A stretch of 64,000 nt of DNA from Phoronis australis (lineage: Eukaryota > Animalia > Phoronida). Shown piece by piece: positions 39,101-54,100 of the stretch. The stretch lies in NCBI GenBank assembly GCA_002633005.1, contig NMRA01000161.1, positions 65,712-129,711 of the forward strand, in the 5' to 3' direction. The translations under genes were made by a program, and so were the position numbers. The first letter of the stretch is position 1, and every line of letters starts with the position of its first letter. The notes below the pieces were generated by a model that worked only from the letters and a program-made list of their open reading frames with translations, was not told the DNA's origin and did not search any database.

Positions 39101-42100
39101 CACCGGGTTTGGGTCTGTGAAGCACTCACATTTTAAGAAACAAAAGCTCAAATGTTGCAATACACCAAGTGAAAAATTAGTTATTTTGGGGTAGAAACTA
39201 TCCTCTGGTGTGTTTGTAGCGTATTCAGTAAAATTGATTGTCAGTGAAAGGTGATGTAATAATTTGAAATTTTCAAACACGGTTATCTCAGTTCATTATT
39301 TCACAGTAGTGGCAATACGCTCAAGTTTATTCTCAACTATTTTTGATCAATTTTGACGAAATCAAATACTGAAATCTAATACAAATAAACTTTAAGTCAG
39401 AGTCAGAGATAGACTTTGTAATGACCCACCGCCGATCTTTGGCGGCTTTAACTGTTCGGTGATTCCACCGAGGTAGTGAGCTGCTCCAAAGGAATTGGGT
39501 GTCCGAGTATGACATTTTTAATTGCAATAATCAGTCATATATCGATCAGTGTTTTGGCTTGCATTGTTTCATTTCTGTTTTAACTTAATCTCGTAAGGAG
39601 ACAGAAATCGTCCTGTAGAAACATACTCGAAAGTTACAAACTGGCCAAACTGAAACAATTTTGTTTGGTTCCTAAAACCCATGGAAGCAAGTCCATAAAA
39701 AAACTGCTATGTACATGCGCATGTAATGGTTAAACATTGTATGCTAGCCCAATAACGCGGGAATTCACAGGACAAGACGACACAATGAAATCTGGTATCA
39801 GGCGACACTGGGTGTTTTCGCAAGAAACGCTTCCGAATGTCGACCTCACTCTAAAATGGTTTCGTATCTAGCGTACAGTTAACATCCAAGTGTTTGAAAA
39901 ATCTTTGAACAATGTTGCTAATTGCTTCTCATTAATTTGTCTGGTTGTGCAACATAATTGAAACAATTATCAAACCAGTCACCAGTTGAATTTTGAGGTA
40001 CAGTGCAAGCCAAAATGTCACCGTGCAGTTCTTGGCATGCAGTCGTTTGCTTATCCAGGACCCGCTCTATTGTATGGCAAAGGTTTCAGTGAAATGTGAT
40101 GAAAATACATGCTAGAGAATGTGTTGGTGTAGTACACTGTACGTTCTCAAGGAACTTCCGCTATATCAGCTTTGCGTTAATTGTGGGACATCGCAACGGT
40201 ATCAGAATGGCAGACGTGGCTACGTTAGTTAGAACTATCCATTCCAGTCAATGGAAATTGGTCGAGCTGGTCGTCGTGGGGGACTTGCTCCGTTACGTGT
40301 GAAGTTGGCGTGAGTGTACGAGAGCGGAACTGCAACAATCCCGTGCCAGCGCTTGGAGGCCTCTCGTGTGTTGGAAGAGCTTCAGAGAATCGCACTTGTA
40401 GTACACAACAAGTCTGTCTGGGTACGAAATCGAACTAGGTGTTTTCTTACACTGTTTTTTACATTGATCAATCATGCTCCATATTTTGTCTTAAACCACA
40501 TTGACACTGGTGGTTTGCTTTTGTCTAAGAACCATAAAGCGTATGTCATAATTGTCTTTAACCTTGGAAATCAACCTGATTTTTTACCCGCCGAGGCAGT
40601 GTGACCACGTGGCATGAGCGTCCGCTTCCTTTACTTGAGGTCGTGGGTTCGAGTCCCGCTGAGGCACACTGCTACACCCTTGAGTCAGATCTCTAGCTAC
40701 AACTCGGTTTTAACTTATACATGGATGGAACATCAAAATGTTCCAGGTAATCAGTAGAATGGGCCCACCTGGGCGGCCAGTGCACGTCTGGAACAGTGTG
40801 TACCAGACGGCCTGTAGAAATATGTTTTTATCTGGTGAACTACGCTGAGCTGTTTGGATTCCAGTGGCATTCTGGGAATGAAAGGGATAATTTAGACGAC
40901 TTCTCTGTCAATCAATTTCGCTCTTTCCAGTTAACGGTCACTGGTCGTCATGGGTATATTCAACCCCATGTGATGTCACTTGTGGCAGCGGAACCCGCGT
41001 CAGAGAACGAGCTTGTGACGACCCGGCGCCGATGTTTGGTGGTTCCAACTGTTCGGGTGATTCCGTCGAAGTGGTGAGCTGCACCAATGGAATAGAGTGT
41101 CCCGGTAGGATGATATAATCCATCATTTTAAACTACTGATGAATTCCAAATCGTCGTGAAAATGTTCCCAGGTCATTTCAACGAGACACTTCTTTCCGTC
41201 TTCGAATTTCCTTGTTACCTCAAACCATCGGTATTTTCGAATACTAAATCTCTTCTTACATTTAGCTATGAAAACGAATAAGGTGATGTACATATGATAG
41301 GTGAATACATGTACATGTATTTGTATGGTGATATGCACAATCCTTGTTCACAAAGATAATGCAAATCCAATGTTGTCCCAAGTATTCTCAACTAGAGCCG
41401 TGAACGTCCGGTCAAAAATTCAGTGAATATAGAACGCAATTCTCACGTTAAACTCGCTTTTAGCGCGTACTAACCCTGTTTTAAAGCATATCCACGCGAT
41501 CCCATTTTCTGGATTCAGGTCATCCATCCAAAAGTTGCCGCTGATGTGTACTCATTTGCAGCTGTTTTTTCTATTTTTGGACAGTTTGACAGATTCTGCT
41601 CCATCTAGTGACCATTCATGACACCAATGAGCGCTCCTATCCATCATATATTTTAACATTTTGCGTTGCTGTTGTCAATTCATTTACCTTTCTCCATAAC
41701 CGATCAGCGGTTATCTTGGACATTTGACTAACTTCGTGACGTCATCTGTGGCAACGGATCTCTAATTTGTGACAACCTGGCACCGAAGTTTGGCCGTTCA
41801 TACTGTCCGGATACTTCTGGCGGCGTTGTGATGTGTGCAGCCAGAGCCTACAGTCCTTTAAAAAAACGTTTCGCAGCTTTATAACTAATTGTCGCCATAC
41901 AAATATTTGAGAGCTTCCAAACAGTTGATGTTTCCGATGATTGTATCGGGGTGTTTGTGTTTTGTGATTGTCAGCAGCTAGTGCCCATATGGCCAAGACC
42001 CCGGGGTTTAAATCTCAACTATTTTTCGCTTTTTCCAATCTCCTTTTTGCGCAGGCTCATGACAACACGTACGCTGTACTCGAACCCTTGTGTGGATGTC

Positions 42101-45100
42101 TGCTTAATCCACTTTTGCACTTGATTACTCCACCATTTCACAAAACTCTTACATGTAGTCTAAACTCGAAATGTTAAAAGTTTTATTCAATTTTTACATG
42201 CTTGACGCTCTATTCTAGGGTCATCAAGTGCGAACCTGAACCAGACACTCACATGGACATGCTTAGCAGAATAATATACTCCTGTTTTTAGTTCGTAGTA
42301 AAATAGAAAGCATATGTCAAACTTAGAAATTCGATTTCGGACATAAAGGTTGGAGATCATACTGTAGGTTCTCTACATGAAACTATGTTGGGCAGGGTGC
42401 TCTTGCACTTGTTATTTTCATGAAGTTGTAAATTAACTTTTCCAAAATTACCGGAACGATTTGTAGGGTTGTAAAAAACTGACAATGCGTGAACTGACTG
42501 AGCCCAGGCGGTCACTATTTGTCGGTTTTTCGCCCATCATAATCTCGAGAAATATCGAACGGCCAATTCTTTGCAAGACTAAGTAATTATTTCTCAACAC
42601 AGTAATGAGCAGGTTGAGACCAATTTCGTCGGAGTAATGTTGTCACAGTGTGGGGACCGTGTTCTACCATGCTTGTGTGGATTTTGGGAAGATATGGTAA
42701 CTGGGGAGATGTAGAGACTTTTGGCGAACTTTGTGAGGGTGTTGTGGTGTTTGTGGGGTGTATTAGCACCTACTGTACAATGTATACGTTTCCAGTGCAA
42801 CGTGTCCGAATCAAAAAGTATTTCATGTTACGTGTAAGTCCATCGTTATGGAAACCCTCCTCATTTTTAAGACAGTAAAATTGATGGATGCAGAACGAGG
42901 GAGGAACTGTCAAGGAAGACATGGCCACTGGCGGATTTCGATGCTTGAGGCTCCCCGACAAAAACCACATAGTACATGTATGCGTTGCCCTTAATTTGGA
43001 AGGAAATGCCTTTGTTTCTAGAAAGTTTTCATTTCGCGTGCTCTGTGACTCTCGGCATGGCCAATTGCCTCTTTACTCTCTTTTTAAGCTGATGGCGAAG
43101 ATACTGGTAATATTTGGTCCAAGTGGAGTCACTGGTCTGCGTGCGCGGCCACGTGCGGTCTCACTTACCGCTCGAGGACACGTGCCTGTAATGATCCTAC
43201 GGGGTTGGGTGTCGATTGCAATGGATCTGATCTGGACTATGAAGTGTGCACATTACAACGATGTTCAGCAAGTAAATGACGAGTACATATTTCGAGTTCT
43301 ATAGTAGCAATGTTCAGTTTATTTCTGCGGCAGGTGTCGTGCTACTTAAACCTGTCAAAATGCAATTAGTGTTAATCGGTCAATCTTGTTTCTTACTGAA
43401 CTGAAATGATATCTAGATTATAAACAACTGGGTCGTTGTTTCTTCAGCTTTTTTATTAATTAAGAGTAACCACTGGATTTACCAAACCTAGTTTTGAAGG
43501 TGAATAGTGTAATCGTTTACAACATTTTAACAATAGGTTTGATAGATTCCGGTGGAATAGTGACAGAAATATAGCCGCAATCTGTTACCTTCATTATATA
43601 TTTATACATGTAGAAGGAATAGGTGGATTTCCGGAAGTTCTGTCTAATAAGTGTTTGAGTTGATGGAAGGATCTATAACATTGCAAGAGATCAATGATGG
43701 AGTTGAGAATCTCTCAAAAACTTGCGTTACCGATATGGGTTTACGATTTTCAGAATATAATGTGTTCTATATCTACATGTATTACTTACCGAACCCCAAT
43801 TTAAAACGCAATTCTTTGGGTAAAAATCTACAGTATCTAGATAGTGTTGTTCTGAGATCAGTGTTTTGTCCATTTTGCTATCGAAGACAATGCCGACTAC
43901 GTTCCGCATATAAATTATTTTGTTTTAAAGTGCATCAGACTGTCTCAAACTGTACGTAAACTTTAATCAAACCTGAGGGAAGTTCATGAGACGAGACTCA
44001 AAACCCGGGCTGTACTAGTCCAAGGTTCCTCCCCATTCCGAAGTTTATCTACTGAAGTATTCATTTAAAACCATTCTTGATATTTTCTTTATTTTACTTT
44101 TTTTCGTCATCTCCAGTTCTAAGGAATAATAGCTAACTCAATGAGCAGTCTCTCAGTAAGTGATTTGCTATATTCACCAATGTCATTGAGAGACAATGGC
44201 CTGAGCCTATTTTCCCGAATGAACAGTGTCATGTTTGTTCAGTCATAAGGATACACAATCCCCAGTATTTAATTGATTTCCAGCGAAAGATGTGAAGACT
44301 CAAAATGTAGACTGGTCAGTGTGGTCTGAATGGACTAGCTGCAGCGTCACGTGCGGTAATGGGATAAAATGGCGGAGGCGGATATGTCCTAGAAATGACG
44401 GCCAGCCGTGTCGGGGACATAGCAACGAAACTCAAGACTGCTCGAACAGGGAGTGTGTTATAGGTTTGTATCAGTCATGACCAATTTTCCAGTCAAAGAA
44501 GATGTGCCGGATTCAAAGTTCTCTCGGAATCCTAAACGATAAGAAATACTTTGATCCCGGTAATGTTAACTGGCCCTTCCCGGTTGCTGTAATATTTTCA
44601 TCGCCTGTCTTCCCAATTATTCCAACACGGTCGCCCTTGGAGATACATCTGTACCACCTTACATCACAATCTTTTAATGTAGGTATGCACTCTAACTTAC
44701 ACGTGTGTGGCTGAGTTAAGAAAATATGTTAAAGGCTCGTTGTTTTTTCTTTGTTATCGATTGAAACCAGAACATTTGGCCCTTTTTCCGGTTTTTGATT
44801 TGTGGAATATGTGCCACTAAATCGCTGGAAATGTACATGTAGGCGTGAATTCGCTGCTTCCATTGGCTTGTTTTAATATGCTTAGAATATCCGCCTTCCA
44901 CATGCGATTGTGATGTAACTTATCCACCTCTTAAATATCGATAAACTCAGCAAAGCCATTACCAAAAGCATAGAACTGCAGAACTGGAATGCCAAGTTCG
45001 ATTTCTCGCGGCTGAGGTTGCGTCGCGCATGCGTGGGAGTTTGTTTCGGTGTTGCTTCTTGCTATGGCTTTATAGGGCTTAGGGTTGAATATTTGTTTAG

Positions 45101-48100
45101 TGCAAAAGAATTAAATTTAGATGTGTTGTAATCGAACTCTTCTTCCTGAAAAAATCTTCTATATATTTTTAATATTTTGCTGTCTAAAGGCCCCAAACAT
45201 TGTCAAACAAAGGATCATCTGCTTGCGATTTTGCGATTCGGGAAGCCGCGGGTCTAAGACAAAGCGCAAGGATCACCAAAACGAGCAAAAACGTCCAGCT
45301 TAGTGGTAGACATGACGCCAAAAGACGTAGAATGGAAATTTGTGGTAACCTAGTTCACAGACCAAGTCGGTTTTTCATTTTTAGATGAACGGGAAAATAG
45401 GGCTATCTTGCCTAGTATATATTACAATAGTATACCATGATATGTCAACACGAGTAGTTTTTGAAAGTTACGCAAACACATCTGTTACTAGGGCCTAAAC
45501 GTTTTATTTATAATGGCACAAAACCACTCAGACCCCAAGTGCCACTTCTTTTCCCCAAATTCTGTAAAATGGTTTTAACAACCAAAAATGCCCGATTAAA
45601 AAACTCTAACTTGAATGGTTGTCAAAGTGGCTCTAACACTGAAGCTGAAACGGTGTCACAACCCCAGACACAGTGTTTCCGGTATCCACAGACTGGTACA
45701 TGTAAAGAATGACCAGGGTAATTGTCGGATATCTTGACTAATTTTTCCTGGAAAGCACTGGTCGTCTGGAAACGTGCCTCAAGAGTCCCACTTGATAATT
45801 CCATTGTGAACAGGAATGACGAAATTTGCTTTTGTATTGAAGAATTTTTCTGTATATGAAGCCTGGTCTGCTAGGGGATCTCGGTCAACCTATGTAGAGA
45901 TTTACCAGGAGATTCTGTGCAGCGGAAGGCACTGAGGAACACAGTTGATACGAGTGCTTGTGACTAGATTTGAGAAGTTTAAAAGAGTGAAATACATGTA
46001 GCTTCCTATTCCTATAGAAAGTAATATATCCGGTCCCACGTGATCAGCCGTTAATTGAGAATATGAAAGCATCCTGTCAGAAGCTTTATCAGATTTTCGT
46101 CCTCTACAGAGGACATGTGGAGGAAATGAAGATGATAAAGACAGCTTTCAGTATAAATTTCATCAGTACAAGACAAGTATTGTATTGTTGCTTATGTTTT
46201 TCCACGACTTCTTAGTAGACCCAAAATATACAGCATATAAGTTAATAAAAACGACGAGGGATTTAAACCAGCTTGACATGTTTCGGGGTTTATTAAGACA
46301 CCATCAACAGAAGAAAAAACAGTGGCCACCTTGCTAGGCCCAACAACAAGTAATGATACACAGACACAGTCAGTTACATGGAAGTAACAATAGACTAGCC
46401 TAATAACGACAACCTTTGGTGAGCCAGTTGGATATTGAGACTAGGCCTGCACCAATCCAGCTTGACTTTGAAACAGTTGCAGTGAGTTCAAAATGTTGCT
46501 TCATTCACATTGGGTTCCAGTCTTTGTTTAATAGCAAGATTATCAACTTTTTCTTTGGCAAAATCACGATAAACCTTTGATATCTAAATTTTGGAACTGA
46601 TCTCAATGCTAATGAACTGGTTCAAATATGACACTCTCCATGTTAACCATTCAAACTACAGGTGACCACGTTTACTCTTAATCCCATACCATAACTCGTC
46701 AGTCTACATGTACATGAACAATTAGTTGGACCACTTTTAAGTAAAAAATGATATTTACTCTAATGATACTAGAATGTGGATTAACGCTTATCACCCAGAC
46801 AATGTACAAAGTAACATTGAAAAAACGAGATATCTAGATTTTAAATGATCTAAATGCCAGGGAATTGGCTCAAGTATGGCACTCCCAATGTTAACCTTTC
46901 AAAATACAGGTGACCTCGCTTAACTCGTCAACACATACCGTATACGTATCTCCTCAGTCTGCAATTTCTGCATATACAATGGTGGACCACGTTAAAGTGA
47001 AAAATGATGTTTAATGTGACTACAATCTGGTTTAACACTTCTCTACCAGATTATACAGAGTAGAAAACGAGATATATAAATGTGTTAAGTGATCTGAATG
47101 TCAGTGAACTGCCTAAAATTAACTTTTCCAAAGTTAACCTTTCAAAATACAGTTGCCCTCGCTTACATGTAAGTGGTCATCACCTATTGTACACGGAACT
47201 AGCCAGTCTGCTTAAGTCAGTACATTTCCTTTGGCTTACACAGAAGTCAACACTCAGATAAAGCCTCGCTTTTTTGTTAAGCTAGGTTGAGTGTATTATG
47301 AATTTGAAAGATGAAAACTGAAATAGCAGCACCTTTCAATAAAACCTAAGAACGGATGGTAGTTTCCAAAAAACTGAACAACGACATTTTGACCAGATCA
47401 CCGACTAAATATGTTGTTTTTACTGAACCTACTTATGGTTTAATGACTGACAAAGGCGCAAGACGTGTTATTTTATTGCCTCAGTTTCTACAACATCACA
47501 TTGGTTAAATCAGTAAGGAAACCCAACAGATTGCACAATCTTCTGGCGAAGCTGAAATCTGAAGTCTTCTCCATAATATGACAACTTCCCAGGGCGGTTC
47601 AAGGCAGCCAAGCATGAAAAGGAACCATTAACCTGCTTTGGTGTCAGCCAGTCTTCCTCTGCATGCGCGCACCCAGCCTTCAATATGGGGGTTTCTCGAA
47701 TTCCTAACGTTGTGGACCTTTGAGTAACAACATAGTCTGTGGACTGAAAAAAAGGGGGCGCACCACTGTGAATTTGTGTTTGTTTAGTGGACTTTTGTCT
47801 CATTTTCTCGGACTTTTTGTTTCTCACAGGCGGACCTTTTTGCCCAATTCGCCAAATGAGGGGAGGGGTCATTCGAGCCCCCCGAGCCCCCTCCCTGGTG
47901 TGCACATGCTCTGTAAACTGTATCCTTCTTCATCGCCTGTGCAGTTCTTGCGGGGTCTGTTTTGTTGTTCTCCTCTCTGGAAAATAACACTCTCAGAGAA
48001 ACGTTCTCTTTTCGCAGAACTTTGCAGTGCCCAGCCACTACAGAAGCGTGACTGCCTCTGAATGATTCACTGATTTTTGCCGAGATGGTTCATTTGATCC

Positions 48101-51100
48101 ATTGGCATGTAATATGTAAAACGACTCTAAGAGCATTACATCCAACTTGAACAAGCACTGGGTACCGGCAATTTCGGGGTCCACGGAAGAAATACACACA
48201 GTAGTACCTAGCTGTATTTTGACGACAGCCTTCATTCAGCTAGCTGGCTGGCTAAGTGGTACCTAGCTGTATTTTGACGATAGTCTTCATACAGCTAGCT
48301 GGCTGGCTATATGTTAGTGAAATATCCGGTATCGCTTATTTGTTGTTAGTGAAATATCAGGTATCGCTTTACTTGTTGTTAGTGAAATACCCGGTATTGC
48401 TTTACTTGTGGTTAGTGAAATACCCGGTATTGCTTTACTTGTGGTTAGTGAAATACCCGGCATCGCTTCCTTATTAGTAAATTATCTGCTTTCGCTTTAC
48501 TTGTTGTCTGTGAAATATTCGGTATCTCGTAACTTGTAAGTTTGTCAAAAGTACTTGCTCTTTGGTAACATGTAATAACATGCCTGTTTCTGTAAGTGCA
48601 AGTACGGATAACCATTCTCTTCCACCTGTTTGTGTTTACGTTTATGCTTTAGAATGGAAGAATTTTGAAAATAAAAAGCCTTTCTGTAGATGGTGCCTGG
48701 TCTGCTTGGGGCTCTTGGTCGTCCTGTGCACAAACTTGCGGTAACAGCACCCATGAACGAAGCAGACGATGCAACAATCCTAGTCCAGCTCATGGTGGAT
48801 CGTCTTGTAAAGGACGAACAAAAGATTACAAAGTATGCACTTACTCTGCTTGTCCCCGAGGTAATCGCGTTTTGTGTCACTTATGTTTTTTAAATAAGCA
48901 TGCGCGGTAGCCAATATTAGTCAATTCAGTTTGCTTGATAAGTCACACTTATTAAATCCCATATCATGTACTGCAGATACGCCAGGGTTGAGAACGTGGG
49001 CATTTAGTAGTTGGCGAGACAGGGCTCGCTTGCAGACATCTGCGGCCACCTTGAAATAGATGACTTCATTTGTTGTATATTGACGAAGAAGTTGTAAACC
49101 TATCATAGCTTTTTCACATACTTGTCTCAAGAGTGCTTCGCATTAGTATACACACGATACTTCAAAAATACGTCGCGAAGAGCAAATGAATTGTTGTCTT
49201 TTTGTTTGTATTCACCCGCGAACATGAACATATCGGGCCAGGATGAACTAAGATCCGTTGACACAGTGGATTCATACTGTTCTGGTTCGTGGACAAGGCA
49301 ACAGTTGGTCACATGATATCTAGGAGGACTTTTTAATCATAGCATCAAAGCCTTGATTGTTCATTGTTTACCACACTTTTCGGTTTAGAAAAGTAGAAAA
49401 CTGCCGTCCGCGCATGTGAAATTAAACAGATAACGTAAAATGGGCAGAAGATCAGAGAATGACATCATTGTGTATCTTAAAAGAAGATAATGACACAAAC
49501 ATCATCTTCAAAAGTTCAACTTATAATGAATCGAATACCGTACCACTGGTGACCTCGATGACTGGCTTAGTGCCCATGCTCCTTGTGAAATGCCGATAGC
49601 GTAGCAAGTTATGAAGTCATCAATAGTATCCGGCATCGCTTTACTTGTTGTTAGTGAAATATCTGGTATCGTTCTACTTGTTTTTAGTGAAATAGCCGGT
49701 ATCACTTTATTCGTTGTTAATAAAATATCCGATATTGCTTTACTTGTTTTTGATGAAATGTCCCGTAGCGCGTTATTATTGTTAGTGAAATATACACTGT
49801 ACGGTATCGCTCTACTGGTTGTTAGTAAAATACTAGGTGTAGTTTTACAAGTCCAGTCTTTTAAAGCTGCTATAACTCCGTGTTGAGCCAGAAAAATGAT
49901 TTTTTTGATTAAAATCAATTTCGGTATTTAATATGGGCTATACTCGGATAAAAGATAATTTTTGGGCTTGGAAAGAGCTCACAATTCGTCATTGCTTAAG
50001 GACATGCTTTACGTACAAAACGTTCCTACGTGACAAGCCTACTCATTGAGTAGGGTCTGTTTCATAAAAAGTAAGTCAAAACTTAAGTCATAAATTCGGG
50101 GTACCTAGCAAATTGTCCAAAATAGCTAACTTTCACGTTAACAAAACCAAAAAAGTATCAGAGAACTAGTTACCTTGAGAAAATTTTTGTAATTTCTACG
50201 CTGTAGTGTACTAATAATTATCACTAAAATTAAATTCAGTTAATATTTGAAGTTAGTGCGGAAGACCAAATTCTGGAGTTAAGTTTGAAACAGACCACTC
50301 AACCAATTGTGTTCTGTCAGCTCTTTCCAACCTCGAAAATCATCTCTTACCTGAGGAAAGAATAACTTAATTTACGACCACTTTTATCACCGAAGGCAAT
50401 CTGTATCAAAAGTTAATTGTTTTTGCCAATAAATAAAAAAATGAATGTTTGAGTGGTTGCCTCTCCATGTTTCTATGAATGCTTTTACCTTTCAATGAAA
50501 CTATTCTCAAAATGCTTTAGTTGATGGTAACTGGTCTGATTGGGGATCTTGGTCGACGTGTGCACTGACTTGCGGTTCTAGCACCCAGGAACGAAGCAGA
50601 CGATGCGACAATCCTAGTCCAGCTAATGGCGGGTCGAATTGCGACGGACGAAAAATTGACTACAAAGTTTGCGATAACCTTCCGTGTTTTCAGGGTAACT
50701 CCTTTTCGTCTCTTATGTTATTTACGTTTAGGGTGTGAAGTACTTAACAAGTGGCGCGGAAATGCTTCTAGGAGTGATGGAATACCTGGTTTGAAGGCGG
50801 AAATTTAATCACTAGCTAGAGGAGCTGATCCGTTAACAACCGCGTACACCGTGTCTTAAAAGGATACTTAGCCCTGTTTTGACAATTTTAACGGGTCTTC
50901 GTTCTGTCACCTGCTAATGCATCATTGGCGTCAATCTTCCAAGTTAAAGACAGGAATCAACTGAAAATCATGCTCCATATGCCGCAGATTGGGCATTATG
51001 GACCTTGGTGGGTGGTCTTTCCTCACATTTATCGTGTAATTCGCTAAACGTATAGGTCATCCTTGCCCGTTTAGCTGACTTTGAAAGAAGTTTTTAAATT

Positions 51101-54100
51101 TTCCTGTAACCTTTGAAGGTTGTCGAGGGTTACAGAGCATTGTTTTCTTTCATAGAACTGAACAGAAAAGTCGGCTTTAGTATCTGTTTATACATGTATG
51201 CCAAAACCGGTGTTGGTACCCATTAAAAAAACTCAATGACTTCATTTCTCATGTATTTTTGACAACTTTGTCAGTTTCCTTCAATTTTTCCAAAAATATC
51301 AGAACATCCTTAGTTTGAAATACGTCGCGTACAGCAAATGAATTTCGATGTTTTTTGCTTTAACCTGCAAACCAACCCCATCCCTAATTTCGGGATGGCA
51401 AAATTTAAGATAAGAGCAACTTCGTGATTAACACCAATGACCACTAAGTAATATGTACCTTCTCGAAAGTGATATCTGGGTTTGGAAAGAAGTAACGATT
51501 CGTAATTGCTTGAAAACATGCTCGCCGGATAAAATGTTACGCCGTGGCGTCGCCAACTTGTAGAAGTCAGAAATTTCGTCTATTTCTTTATCTCACCTCA
51601 GCAAAAGACAGGGGCACAGAAAATTCATCCATTATAATTGACACAGCTAGTTTTCGTAAATAATTTCTGAACTGTGAAAGGCTAACAATATAGTCATATA
51701 CGGTAATTACGTTCATTCAGCTGCAGGTGTACTTTGTAGTGGTAGAGAAAGTCAATGTTTCTGACTTTTTCTCTAGTGTTTATAGACGTTTTACAGTGTC
51801 GGATCTAGGATATCACAAGGGGGGGCCCAACTTTTTGTCAGGCTGTAAGCATTTGTGCAAACTGAACCACGGTTGTAGATGCGCATAGCACCGAAGTGGG
51901 GGGAGGTCGGGAGGGGGGTTTGCCCAAGAAATTTTTCTGTTTTTACCTCTTAAAATTCAAGCATTTTTCTTGATTCCTGAAGACAAAAAGGCAAAAAAGA
52001 AAAAAAAAACGGAGAACGTGTCGGACAGACAAAGTGCAAGTACTAAGAATCGAACTCACGACCTCGCGGACAGAGCGCGCGTACGTTACCGCTACACCAA
52101 CAGGCCATAACTATATTTCTAAGAGACCTACTTATTTATGGTCCACAGCGTTTGCGCGCGAAACCTACTTCTTTTTATAATGCTTATTACACGTTTTATA
52201 TTTTGTGCCATCAATTCTTAGCAAATTTGTCGTATTTAAAATAGTCTTCAAATTCCCAAAAGACCAAATCCGTTTTTCGTGTTTGCAATAATGAAGGGAT
52301 TGCTTTGGAAATCGTCTTAACATNTATTTTTTTTTGCGGCAGCCAAGGGGGGGGGGGGCGCTCCCCCTAAATCAGCCTATGTTTTAAAGGTTAGCTTTCA
52401 TAAAACAGGCCCCTGGTTTTAAGCAAAAGCGAATTGTGCGTTCTTTCGAAACTCAGGTAGTCACGTTTAGTTTCAGAATGAGCTAACGATCAGTTAAGAC
52501 CATTTGTAATTATATGTTGCCTGAATCAAGTCATGTTTAGAAAGCCATTTGGGCACTGCTTAAGGAAATTGAAAAACAAAATTGGTTATGTGAATGAAAT
52601 TCTACATGAAAATAAATCTTGTAACTCGTAAAAATGACTTACTCCCGTTTGTGTTTTTCACTATTTTCCTTTTCATTGAAAGTGACTGCAAGCATTGGAG
52701 ACCCTATAGTTAATGGGGCTTGGTCAGATTGGGGACCTTGGTCGACCTGTGCGCGGACTTGCGGTGCTAGCACCCATGAACGAAGCAGACGCTGCGACAA
52801 TCCTAGTCCAGCTAATGGCGGATCGTCTTGTGAGGGACGAAAAGTGGACTACAAATTATGCCGAAACTCTCCCTGTCCCCGAGGTAAACCTTTTCTGTCA
52901 CTGCCGAAGTATGTTTGCATTATTCTTGCGCGGTAGACAATTTTTGTTTGCTTGCTGTTAAATGAAAACCTTACAGAGAACTGGCGATGAGTCTGGTTTT
53001 AGGAGATATTTTAAAGCTGATATGAACCCAAATTCTTTATAAGGAGATACCATAGTAAATTGGGTGTCGACTTTTTACACAGATTAACAAATTTTCCAGG
53101 TTCCTTGTCGCCAGATGACACGAATACGTGACATTCAATGGAGAGTACTGTTCAAGCACAACTTGTCACCTTCAAAATTTGGACAATTTGGATCTGCAGG
53201 AATGACCAAATTGTCAAAGTTTTGAAGTTGTGACAATTTGGGACGGTGTGAACATTTGGCTTACACAGATCACGCGACCTGAATTTGAACCCACTTTATA
53301 ACAACATTGGTTTAAAGATAATGTTTATACCAACATCCCCAACAGCTTCCAGAAGCTGAAAATATCGCTGCAAAAATCTGCAACATACGCCTCAACGAAA
53401 TTAGGCGAATGGCTGACGATATTGCTCTCCGCCTGCAAATGAAGGCTGCTGATGGACACAGCAAGAATATCTTTAAAGATAGAAATCCAACTTTAACTCG
53501 TGACCCCATAACATGGATACTGTTCTTTCAATTCTTCCCGCAGTGGAATTGTGATTTGTAAATTTGAAGTCATTAATAATGACATTTGAAAGAACATATT
53601 CTTTTTGTCTCTTTATTATAAAAGTAATAGGCATCGCTCTGCATATCCAGTTTTTTCAAAACTGCTGTTAGCCAGCATTCCGCCAAAGGATCGAACTTAT
53701 AATTAGGACTACTCAGTGCTATAATTTGAGCCCCAACTAAACCCTGAATCGGGGTTATCTCGGAGCGTGTAAAAAGAGATTGTCGCTGTTTGGTAAAAAT
53801 AGCTCGATGCTGGGAATAGTCTGTTATCACTACTCTATTTCCTAGCCTGTTTCTGTCTGAACTGTTCGTTATTTCTAAGCCCAAACTCAACAACAGGTTG
53901 AGGAAAGAACACGTTCAGTTGAGGGCAATTTCCTAAGTGTAACTGGCCTAAACCAAAAGCATTGTTCATGGGAAGTGTGTGGATGCCTAACCATTTCAAG
54001 ATTCTGCTCGTGCGTACGCTATCCTACATGTCAAGCCATGTCGTAGATTTAAAAGTTTGATCAAAGTGATACTAAACCGTGTTTTTGAGATTTTAACCAA

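Noticed and set aside
42640-42760. WGPCST as another TSR exon
   Set aside because: Too short and no in-frame TSR continuation
46270-46315. Minus-strand hammerhead/Penelope-like CTGTTGA..CGAAAC
   Set aside because: Core CUGAnGA is mutated and the stems are unconvincing
49508-49918. [11 protein letters not shown] periodic ORFs on both strands
   Set aside because: Translation of an intronic 33-bp minisatellite
52038-52106. tRNA gene
   Set aside because: A/B boxes are present but no proper cloverleaf; embedded in a repeat, so SINE-derived
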